Shown: positions 32,623 to 43,939 of the stretch, in pieces | Numbering within the stretch: position 1 is the first letter of the stretch | Layout of the letters: each line of letters starts with the position of its first letter | Assembly (NCBI GenBank): GCA_032718475.1 | Contig: JAUCBJ010006232.1 | Coordinates: 1 to 60,284, forward strand | Length of the DNA stretch: 60,284 nt | Direction of reading: 5' to 3' | From: Nemertoderma westbladi | Lineage: Eukaryota; Animalia; Xenacoelomorpha | The notes under the pieces: model-generated | Databases searched by the model: none | The model's input: only the letters and a program-made list of their open reading frames with translations | What the model was told of the DNA's origin: nothing | Translations under genes and position numbers: made by a program

Positions 32623-35600
32623 ATGGCATGTTAGTACAACGGAATAGCCCCACCATCAGCCCACCCTACAGAAACAAGGTGTCCTATTCCGCTATTCCCA
32701 AACCAGCTCAGCATATCATCCGTTGTGGCAGACCCCTGGCATCGCTCAGGTCAGTTCAGGTCAGGTATTTTAGGTCATTGATCAAGAAAACTTGCCACCT
32801 CCATGCAGCATAACGGAGGTGCCACATGTAGCCTCTTAGACCTTCTTACTAGGGCAAATCTGGTCCTGTAACTAGGACCCCCTTCGTTCTGGGATAAGGA
32901 CGCCCTTGGTCCTGGATTAAGGACCCATATACTTGATTGCAGGGGTATATGACCTGGCCAGGCAGATGGTGATCTACCAATGGCTGGTCAGGAGTAGAGT
33001 GTTCTCATGTCCACTCTGAGTACACTTCACTGCGACCTGCACCTGGCAGCAGGGGTACAGGGCATGACCCAGCAGATGAGCTGCACAGCCAATGGTGGGT
33101 CATGTGTGCCAGAGTAGATATGGGTGATGGGCCTCATATCTGACTCCACGGCGACACCCACCCTGTGGAATGGCAAACCAGGGTGTGGTATTTGCCCCGA
33201 GAGCTGACTTAGGCAAAAGAGCACCCCCCAAACCCCACTATGGATTACATTAGTAATGCGGAGGTCCGGCCACTAGAGGCCATTGGAATTACCGGACACA
33301 ATCGGCCTCACAGGCGTCAGTTATCTCCTGACCGGCTGCCTGTCTCACCCCCTGTTGGAGAGAGAGCAGCCAACAATTCTTTGAGTCCCTTTCCTGATGA
33401 CCTTTCTGGCCCAAACCCTGGGTCACCAGGGAGACCAGATTGTGAGGGGGAGAGGGATTCTGGAGTTGGAGGCTACTCTCATGTTCCACCCCGACCAACA
33501 AAGCCATTGGTGAATCTGAGGCAAGTCACCAGACTAGCCTTGGTAAACACCCTAACACTCGGGTCCCCAATGCGACCAGGTGAGCTGACTGCCTTGGCAG
33601 ATCAGCTTTGTCTTAGCGCAGTGGGTGTTCAAGAGCACCGAATGCAGACTGGACAGACTGATGAGGTTCTGATTAAGGACATGGGGGGGGGGGGGGGGTG
33701 GCGACTCGCCCTTGCGTCAGCAGATGATAGTGGCAATGGTGGAATTGGTCTATTGTTGAATCCAACTGCACATGCAGCTGTGGACAAAATAGACCAAATC
33801 TCTAACCTCATCATCCGTTGCCACTTATCATGTTCTGGAAGACTGGCTAAGAAGTTTCCTAAGGTGGTTCTGATTGTGTGCTACGCTCCAACTAGTGTTG
33901 CCCCTGTAGAGGAGGTGGAAAATTTCTACCACAATCTACAAGCAGCTACTGATGGAGTGGATCAGCAAGTATTCTTAACATTCCTGGGAGACTTTAATGC
34001 AAGTCTGCAGCAATCACCTACATCGCCCTGGGTCTATAGCAATACTGTTAACCGAAATTCCGTCCATCTTCAGGATTTTATCTCTGGAAATGGATTGTTT
34101 TCGGCAGGAACCCAGTTCAAGAAGCGAACTGGAAAGCTTATGGACTCATAGTGGACCCAGTGGTCACAAGTCCCAGATATACCATATTCTGTTTCATAGG
34201 AAATACAGGAGCTCTATACCAGACTGTAATGCATTTACACTTCGACCCTTCTCCAGTGATCACCGCCTTATTGTGGCCAAGGTAAGACTTAGCCTGTGTG
34301 CTAGCAGAACAACAAAATCTGCCTTGCCGCGACATGACTTGTCCTCTCTGTTGCAACAGCCAAGTGTGAGATCAAGCTTCACACTACAGCTGAGCAACAG
34401 GTATGAGGTTCTTGCCTCTGAGGTGGCAGATCACTGCGAGGGCTATACTGCCTTCACAGAAGCAGTTAAGTTAGCTGCTGCAGAAACAGTTCCTGTATAC
34501 CCTCGAAACAGGAAAAGGGCCCCCTGGACTGACAACAAAATTCAGAAGTGCTGAAATGACCTCTATAAGGCGCAGTCCCGACTCAAACAGATCACAGCGG
34601 CCCAGAATACAGTTAAGGCTGCATCTAGGTCCCTGAACAGGCAGTACTCTGATAATCTACAGGAGCTAATAAACCAACAGGTTGATGCCATCAAAGATGC
34701 TGACGACAGCAGGCAATCAACCCAGGCATTGAAATCGATCAACTTACTTACTGGGCGGAAAAGCCAACCAACCAACAAGGTTAAGGCTGAATCACCAGCC
34801 GATCGCCTCAATGGTTGGAAGGCCCACTTTGAAAAGCTCCTCAATAATGACAGGGTATTGCCTGATAACTTTATAGATGTAAAAGTATCTGAGACTGTAC
34901 TCCCAGATATTCCCATTGGCGGTATCTCCTTTGCAGAAGTGAAGGCTGCTGCAAAGAGCATTAAGACCAATCGTGCCATTGGAGTAGATGGTATTCCCCC
35001 TGAGGTCTTTACAATACCTGAGTGTTTAAAGCTGATCTATCCCATCATAGTAGACATGTACCGAACAACAAGAGTCCCACAAGAAATGAAAACAAATAAG
35101 TTGGTGCCAGTTCCCAAGAAGGGCAACCTAATACTCTATGGTTCTTTTCGGAGAATCTCTTGATCTCGATAGCTTCAAATCTATACAATATAATTCTATT
35201 AAATCGCACCAGGGATCCCATTGAGAGACTGCTCCGTGGAAATCAGAACGGGTTCCGTAAAGGTCGTGGGACCATGGAGCCCATTTTGGCACTTAGAAGG
35301 ATAATTGAAGAGTTATCAAAAAAGAAAGACAGGCGTCTCGCTGTTATCTTTGTTGACTTCTTCAGGGCCTTTGATTCAGTCTCTCGCTCACTTATGTTCA
35401 GCATACTTTCATTATATGGGATTCCTGATGAAATTATTGCAGCAATCAGAACAGTATACGATGGTTCGACAACATTTGTGTCTACTGTTGACGGTGACAC
35501 AGAACCATTTGAAGTGTTATGGGGCGTCCTCCAGGGAGACACACTTACACCATTCTTGTTCATAATTGTGGTTGACTATGTTCTACGCATGTCCTTAGAT

Positions 35601-36535
35601 CATCATAATGATGATGGGGTGATGATAACTCCACCTACTGGCTCCAGACGTCGAGGAAATCCTGCCAATTACCTAACTGATCTAGAGTTTGCTGATGACT
35701 TAGGAGTACTCTCAGAATCACTAGAGGGAGCCCAACGGCTCCTCAGCTCATTAGAACAGGCGGCTTCTAGTGTTGGTCTTTTTATTAACTCCAGAAAGAC
35801 CAAAATTTTGACAGTTAACTTTGAAAGTCCTCAGCAAGTCTCTGACCGGATGAGCATAAGCTCAAAGGATGGTATGCTTGAGCATGTGGACGACTTCTGT
35901 TACCTGGGATCATGGATCCGGAAGTCAGGTGAGGATCTTCGAATACGTAAGGGAATGGCATGGACAGCATTGAATAGGCTTTCCAGGATTTGGAAGTCAC
36001 CGAGAATTAATCGGAAACTTAAGGTCCGATTATTTAGAGCAGCAGTAGTTCCCGTACTTCTCTATGGGAGTTCATGCTGGGCTCTATCTGCTGAGGACAA
36101 CAAATCTCTGGATGGCACATTCACAAGAATGCTACGCCGGGTTCATTGTGTCAAGTACAATGCACACATCTCCAACCAGACAATATATAACATTGGAGGT
36201 GTCTCATTGGTTCCCCCAAGCTTGACACTAGAACAAAGCTGCCTCCGCTTTGCAGGAAATTGCTTTCGCCGTGAGACCCAGCCAGTGCATAATCTTGTAC
36301 TTTGGCAGCCTCATGGAGTGAATAAGCATGGTGGACAGCCCATGACTTTCTTGAGACGCATCTTAAAGGACTCTGGCCTTGAAGATGTGGATGATCTAGA
36401 AAATGTCATGGGTGATAGGGAGTTGTGGAAGCGCAATTTTGTCGACAAGCCGACACAGCATTCTTCATATATACTATGTAATATATATATAATGCAGCTG
36501 TAGTAATGCAGCATGCTTATTGTAGTAGTAGTAAA
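32623..36535 (+). mobile_element. Near full-length RTE-clade LINE (APE endonuclease plus RT), inactivated
   Basis: APE motifs VGVQEHR, GGIGLLL, VCYAPT, LGDFNA and SDHRLI. RT motifs NQNGFRKGR, FVDFFRAFDSV, GVLQGDTL, FADD and YLGSWI. Frameshifts at ~34140 and ~35160, stop at 34552, ~600-bp GC-richer 5' UTR, (TAG)n tail. Confidence 0.92.
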
Positions 36536-36625
36536 ATGATTGTCACATGCTAGACGTGACAGATTTCAACTCTTAAGCAAGTTAATGTGTAATAAATTGT
36601 CTTTTAATCGAAAGATGAAAGCCCA

Positions 36626-37727
36626 TATGTGACCCTCGTTAATAATCGAGTCAATCTAGCAAAAAACCCTTAAGTATTTCGTAATCAATCCGAACCACAC
36701 ATTTTGGATTCTATATTACCTTATTAATGACCAAAAAAAGTCTATAAAATTTTATTTTGCGGATCATATGTTTATTCATGGAAATTCTGCGTAAATTTGC
36801 ATAAGACAAGCCAAACAAAAGGAACAGTAGGGAAAAGTAAGTAGCAAATTGGTGATGTTCCAGAATAATTTAATTAATTTCACAATAAGCTGTGATTCAA
36901 TGGGAAATTAGTAATATTTACACTGGCGTGTTACACATTAATTGCTATATCTCGGAAACTAGAAGTCGCATCCAATTTTTAAATATATCAAAATTTTACG
37001 ATATATTAAGGTAACTGTTGTAAAAAAAATCAGACATTTCCACTGCAAGGAGATTTCTTAATTTCCTTTAATGTTAGTGAAGATTTTTCACATAATTAAA
37101 TTGTGATTACTCTATTGATTTTAGGTGTAATTTATTTATTTGTTTTAGTTTGAAAATCACAATAGTTTATCATAATAAAAATATCAAATAAATTTTTCGG
37201 GGATAAGGGTTTTTGAGGACGATAAATCCGATGGGCGAGGTTACATCCACCCGTTTAGTAGAGAAGCTGTGTAAATAAGGTCCTTATATTAGATGCGCCT
37301 TGCTCTTAATTTAGGAAAGGCGCTATATAAATATTTTAATTATTATTATTATTATTATTATTACCAGCAAAATTGGGATTAAAAATGGTTGAATAATTAG
37401 ACAAATTTCCGTTGCTCCGCATACTAAATTGGTAACTATATAGAAGTGCATACTTCTGTCAATCGATAGTCATTAGAGTAAAGTTTGTCTGTACCAAATT
37501 TGGAGAAAATCCTACCACTGGACCCCTTGTTGCTATGTAAAATCCATGTTGCTAAGGAAAGAAACAGCAAATTGAAAGTGATCCGCATAATATATTTTTA
37601 TAGACTTTTTGGGGGGTATTAACAAGGTAATGTAGAATAAAAAAAAATTGGTTTGGATGAATTGCGAATTTGTTATAGGTTGACCCCCTTTTTCGGCTAG
37701 ATTGATTCGAGATTAGATTGTCGCCTA
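36626..37727. mobile_element. DNA-transposon-like insert with degenerate inverted ends
   Basis: Present only in the second copy of the duplication. tcgagtcaatctagc (~36648) versus gctagattgattcga (~37696). Confidence 0.5.
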
Positions 37728-38886
37728 TAAAAGACTTAATATCCAACTTAATACTAAAAAAACGCAGTACAAAAGGAAGTCAATAAACCCAGGGTGCTTT
37801 TATTTTTAATAATAACATATTTGAATGTCCTCATCAGAGAAATCGTTAATCGAGTTTCATTGCAAACTTTACAAGGTTAGCAATTTATACCCCTGGAGCC
37901 GGACCTCCTACTTTAACTAAGTTGTAGCTAGCTATATATATAGATAAACTATTATTTGAATTCCATGGTTAGCTGATTTCATTTTAGAGTTATATTTTAA
38001 TGGATTGTTGCTCGATTATTAAATTAATATAAAAACAGAACATAAACGATTTATCTAAATATATAGATTAATTGGATAGAATATTTATCAATTACAATAG
38101 TATGCTTTCATAGCTGTCAGAATACATTATTTATTTCCACATAGTAAATTCTGTAAAATATGATGGTAGTAGTATTGAAATATTACAAATTGATGAAACC
38201 GAAGACAAGAAGAAACTGAAGAAACAATCCATAATGCAGTGCGTTAAAAAATAGAAAACTTGGTTGGGTACACACCATGCTTGAATAATTTCTCAAGCAA
38301 GTAATATTCATACTGCCTGATCCGACTTCGCTAGCGAAGTCGGATGAAGGGGTGTGCCAGTCCTGTAGTATAGTAGTCCTTGACCTAAACCTAAAAACAA
38401 TAAACCCGATGCTAATTTGCAGTTCACGATTTACAAAAGTCAGATCACCAACAATGCGTGAATATGGTTAGTTTGAAGTCGAAAAATTCTTAATTTCGAA
38501 AAACTGGTACTTCATGGTTGTTAGGTTGTAATTTATGATTTTTTATGAAACACAAAGTTAGTTGTTGTGGCGGGACGACGCCTTAAACTTTTATATCATG
38601 CTTTGGGGCGTGAATTATATCACTGGGTTGGGTTGAAACGGAATGGGAATTGGGCACCGAATTAATTCATTGTACCAACGGAATGGGAAGTGGTCATACC
38701 TTGACACGTACTTGCCAAATGCCAACATATAACATTGACGACCTGGGATAGCTTGGCACTTGGTAATAAGTTGAGATCATTAATATAGTAGAAGTAGGAC
38801 TGAGAAATGTATCTAAATTCTACCAATTGAATTTCACACAGTTTAGTAATACAAGTGAATTATTGTATCTCTATCAGCCAGTGTGA

Positions 38887-39110
38887 GTTGCATCATCCCT
38901 GTTGCTGCCTGAGAGGCTGCATGCATAGTAAGGATAGATAAGTTGTTAGTGAAGCTCCACCTAATTCTAGGCGTAGTACAGGCGGGCCTCCTGCCAACCA
39001 AACATGGTAACCATAGCAATAGCCTATCCTACTACAGTAGATTTACAAAGGATTGTAGTGACGTACGACAAAATGAACCACATGTTGAAGAATCACTTTG
39101 AGCCATTGGT
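38887..39110 (+). promoter_or_regulatory. Candidate upstream promoter/enhancer of the SLC7 gene (CARE/AARE, X-box-like, CRE-like and CCAAT motifs)
   Basis: GTTGCATCAT at 38887-38896, GGTAACCATAGCAAT at ~39006-39020, TGACGTA at 39059-39065, ATTGG at ~39105. A splice acceptor ttttctgcctcag at ~43137 implies an upstream non-coding exon. Confidence 0.3.
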
Positions 39111-40253
39111 AGTATTTCAGTATTTCGTACAGTTTGCAGTTGTGTCTGTGCAGTATGTGGGTGGGTAACAACACCATGTTGGCGTAATTAATTCACAATG
39201 TCCACTATAAACAATTTGCAAATCATATTAGATTCTGCCTTTTGTTTTATTACTTAAGTTACATGCAGTGTGGTTATTCTATTCATATTGAATGAAGGTG
39301 TACAGTTGTGATAAATTGACAATAATTTATACCCGTAATTACTGTACCTCCTTGCTAGGCTGCTAGGTGTCAAGGTGTGTACGAAACACGTTTGTGCCTA
39401 ATCGGATATTTCACCGGTTGCTGTTAGGCCTACTTCATTCGATTTACTGATTTAAAAAGTAACCGAAAAATAACATAAATTAATATCGTCCCTTTCATTT
39501 TCAAACAACCTAAATGACAAAATTGACTTTTCCTGTAAAACGGCATTTTCGATTCTAATTTTGTTTGCAAGTAATAGCAGGATTTTGGTCTTATTTACTT
39601 TTAAATACATTAAATGTGACGATTTTAAACAAAAACAGTTTTGGTATTGGAATTATGTAACATATTAGGTAGGAAACTATGTATAGGGATATAGGTTGTT
39701 TAAAAAAAAATTATCACATTTTTTACAATGATTACTCAAAAGCATTAAAACCCTTAAGACAAATTCGATTATTAAGTTTCAAAAATATAAAACAAATCTC
39801 CCCCTATCATACATAATATACAACAATTCTACCTCCTGACTCGTTGTTTCCTATTTTATATCAACGTTTCCTGGCCTTACCTTATTTATAATAGTAAAAC
39901 ATTATATAGGTTGTTTTAAAAAAGATTTCGTTATCATGCGGTCTATGCAAAACTGGCATATAGGTGGTTTTGAAATGTTAAATATCTCAGTTATACGTGG
40001 GAGTTTGGCCTTCTAAGTGAGTTAATCGGATTCAGAATACATTTTAACATGAAGAAATGGAGAAATCTCGATTTCAGCAAAAATGGCATACAGGTGGTTT
40101 CTAAATGAAGGGTACGATATAATGAATGTATCAATCTCTATCCGTCTCTTGTGAGACGCTAGTTCTGTAGTTTGCGCTGTTATTTTTCTTTTTTTAGCAC
40201 CTCTTAATAATGTAATATATGTAAATCTGAAAATTGCCCACATCTGAGGTGAG

Positions 40254-40480
40254 GGACGCCCATGTGAAGAATACCAATTTTTCACTTTTCGGTCGCAATT
40301 CTATTGCAATTTTATATATGAAGATTTTTAATTTTTTTTTTCTCTTTATTAAGTCTTTTATAGCGCTTATTTCTGTCTTATAACCTGTATTTATACTTAT
40401 TCGTTTTTTTGTTTTGGTTAGATTCAGCCCTTCTGAAACCTGTGGTTTTTGTGAAAACCTGGTATTCTTCACATGGGCGT
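40254..40480. mobile_element. Short MITE with TIR (g)acgcccatgtgaagaatacca; another left end at 44027
   Basis: Inverted tggtattcttcacatgggcgt at ~40460-40480. 44027-44130 is colinear with 40255-40360. Confidence 0.7.
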
Positions 40481-40539
40481 AAACTGCAAAGTGAAATATA
40501 ACAGCAGAAAGTCTGGTATACTTCACATGGGCCGAGTAC

Positions 40540-40860
40540 AAAACATAAGACCAAAGACTAAATACCTGCACAAAACACATGTGTTAACTTTCGTTTATTG
40601 TTTTGGTTCCCCCAATACGCCTCTGTGACCTGCTTCTTTACTAACCTGCTCCTTTAAATGGCAATGGGACTTAACGAGACTTTACGTCTTTGTTTTGTAC
40701 TGGTCCCAAAGACCGTTAGGTCCCATTGTCATTTAAAGGAGCAGTTTAGTAAAGGAGCAGGTTACAGAGGCGTGTTGGCGAACCATAGAACAATAAACGA
40801 AAGTTAACACATGTTACAAGATTATGCAGGTTACTTAATTTAGGTCTTTGGGTTTTGTTT
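40540..40860. repeat. ~320-bp imperfect palindrome (MITE or head-to-head repeat)
   Basis: tgtgttaactttcgtttattgtt...ctgctcctttaaatggcaatgggac mirrored by gtcccattgtcatttaaaggagcag...aacaataaacgaaagttaacaca. Confidence 0.8.
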
Positions 40861-41309
40861 TGTGGGGCGAGTCAATACTGCGAGCCATCAGCGAACTGTT
40901 ATAATTATACTATGGCCGTTTTCCAAAAGTCTGTGTGTGTGTGTCAGTGTGTGTGTCGGAAGCCATAATGTTGTCGGAAGCCAATATCAGAATAGGTGTA
41001 TATAACTAGCCAAAGTATAATTATAATTGTTTGCAAGATGGTTTGCAGCTTTTGCTGCACGAAGGTCCCACTCGTGTGTTCGTTTTAAGTAATGAATAAC
41101 TTATTTTTGTTTTTGGCACTTCTTATACTGAACTCAATAGCGCCCGCTACTGCTATGCTATAGTAAATTTATTTATAATGCGATGACTGGATGGGGCCAC
41201 AGGCGTGCTGTTATCATCCTTTGTCCTTACAGACGATCTCATGCCTTCTTATAGACGACACGGCGCTATTGATATTGAATATATAGTTGTGGGAATTGTA
41301 TAAATATAT

Positions 41310-42200
41310 ACCATGCCAAGGAATATACTGTCGTAATTCAATGACACGACCCCCTAATTGATATTTACAAATCTTAATGAGATTGCATGAAATTTGAACC
41401 AGAGATAGTTTCACCTCCCGACCACTGACTGGGTGAGCCTGAATTTTTATTTTCGCTTTCAATCTTTAGCTACAAGCGTTTAAAAAAGTGTTTTTGGTGA
41501 TATTTCACCAGTTACACCGCAGTTATTCTTCAATCTTATTGTGATTTGCTGGTACTAATGGAAATCTGGCAATATACGGATTCCAAATATGTAAATAGGC
41601 CTACTTTGAATTTGGCTGAGAAATGTTTTGTTTATGGTATGTTGTTACTTGATACTTGGTAGATTGATGTTTATGTGTTTATGGAAATGGTTTGTTTATG
41701 TAGAATATCCATGTACTAGTATTATTATATTGGCATTCCATTGTTGCCCAGCTACTTATGAGATAAATGATGATGTTCAAAAATTATTGTGTTTATTAAA
41801 TGGAATAAATGGCCTGCAGCGGAAGCCAAACATTACATGCAACTGTCGAATGTCAATAATTCCGCTACTTCCCAACCAACTGAAAATCTTTTTACATATT
41901 TGGATTCCTTGCATAGCCAGCTTTCCAGTGGTAAAATAACAGATCACAATAAGATTGAAGAATAACTGCGGGGTAACAACTGTATGGTAAATATCACCAG
42001 AGATATTACATATTGTAGCTAAAGATTGATACCGAGAATAAGAATTCTGGCTCACCCAGTAGGTGGAACGTCGGGAAGTGAAACTATCTGTTTCAAATTT
42101 CATGCAATCTCATTAAGATTTGTAAAAAAAATTACGGGGGGGGGGGGGGTGGGGGTCGTGTCATTGAATTACGACACTATATTCCGGGGCATGTTGTACT
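41310..42200. repeat. Pair of ~240-bp inverted repeat copies separated by ~400 bp
   Basis: 41330-41545 is the near reverse complement of 41940-42175 (gtcgtaattcaatgacacgacccc; tttacaaatcttaatgagattgcatgaaatttgaa; tgggtgagcc). Confidence 0.8.
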
Positions 42201-43196
42201 GGGATTGTATCCATTGTATATTTTGTAGAATCCCACATCATAGTGAAATCCCCCCCCCCCCCCCCAAATGTCATTATTCAAATACACTTAATTCTAACGG
42301 CACAATTATTGTTGATAACAAATAGTAAAATTATAAAATAGTAAATAAATAGTAATATTACTAGAAATACTAACTCTTAATAAATTGTACTAACTTTAAT
42401 ATATAGTATACTCAACAAGACATGTTATGTGTTCTATGTTTGATACCACTGTGGCACTACTCTTGAAAATAGGAATTGTAAATAACTGCCTTTCCAGTAA
42501 TAGAGTAGCTGAATAAACAATTAATTACTTTTATAAAATACACTTCAGTGCTTTGGGTTGAATAATCCTCTTAAAAAGGCAATTAAAAAAAACTAGGAAT
42601 TGAAATAGGAACAAAAATTTTGTACCACAGCCGCACTGCCAGTACAGCAGTGAGTTTGTAAACAGATTGACATATTTTAGATAAATTTATTTTATTTATA
42701 TATTTTCATAGCGTTCGAATAGGCGTTAACAATAATAAAACAATTTTCATTGCTAAACTAATTCCGGAAACAAGCGAGCCGAACCCTAACACCTCCAATC
42801 AACATTAACAGAAAAAAGGAATAACTTTGATATCAATGGATTATACCCATAGGTTATAATCGTGTTTACTTGACTAATCGCTAAGTTTGCCTTTCGAGCA
42901 GACTGCAGAATGGACGCTCTAGGGCTAGCTCATTTATTTTTCTTTTAATTTTTTATATATATATAATATAATCTTATTTATCCTATAACCGAACAGTATA
43001 GTATATACAGTATCATTTGTTTATGTCAATAGGTTTACAATACGTTTTTATTTTGAACAAATGTTAGGAAAGTGAATTATTGTTATGTAAACTTATTTAT
43101 CGCTGGAAATACAATTTAATATTATTTTCTGCCTCAGAAACAGTAACTTTTTACATACGTTCTGTATGACGGTATATTTCAAATAGCAAATACAAA

Positions 43197-43939
43197 ATGG
43201 GGAAGGCCGGTGATTATAAACCAACCAGTTCAGATGCAGGAGGCGAAGAAAAAGTAGAATTAAAGAAAAAAGTCGGTTTAATCGGTGGTATATCCCTGAT
43301 AGTTGGCTATGTTATTGGGTCTGGAATATTTATATCTCCAATCGGTGTCTTAAAATACTCAGGTTCGGTTGGACTATCTCTCGTTGTCTGGGCGATATGC
43401 GGTATATTCTCCATCTTCGGTGTTCTCTCTTACACAGAACTCGCATGTGCCATTGTGAAGAGTGGGGGGGAATATGCCTACATTATGGAAGCTTATGGTC
43501 CTTTACCCGCGTTCCTATGTATTTATATATATCTCCTTGTTGCTGTCCCGACAGCTGCCGCTGTGATTGCGTTAACTTTCGCGAATTACGTCATCCAACC
43601 TTTCTTCTTGGACTGCAGTCCTCCACCAGCCGCTGTTGCTGTGCTCGCAGCACTCTGCATCTGCTTTCTAGTCTTTGTAAACGCTGTTTCTGTAGAGTGG
43701 GCGAGTCGCGTACAGATTATATTCACGGCAGCGAAACTCCTTGCTGTGTTTATCATAATTATTCTTGGTATGTGGCAGTTGGCAATGGGTAAAACCGAAC
43801 ATCTCCAACTATCTACAGCCTTTGTGGGCAGCACAAGTAACATGGGCGATATATCCTTATCTATTTATTCTGGACTCTGGGCTTATTTTGGTTGGAATAA
43901 TTTATCATTTGCTGTTGAAGAGCTCCAAAACCCATCCAG
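43197..43939 (+). CDS. SLC7 coding exon 1
   Basis: ATG in caaaATGG context, TM1-TM6, donor AG|gtgtgt. Confidence 0.93.

Noticed and set aside
32730-32860. HDV-like ribozyme in the RTE 5' UTR
   Set aside because: Hairpins exist but I could not fit the nested double pseudoknot by eye. An RNArobo/Infernal search would settle it.
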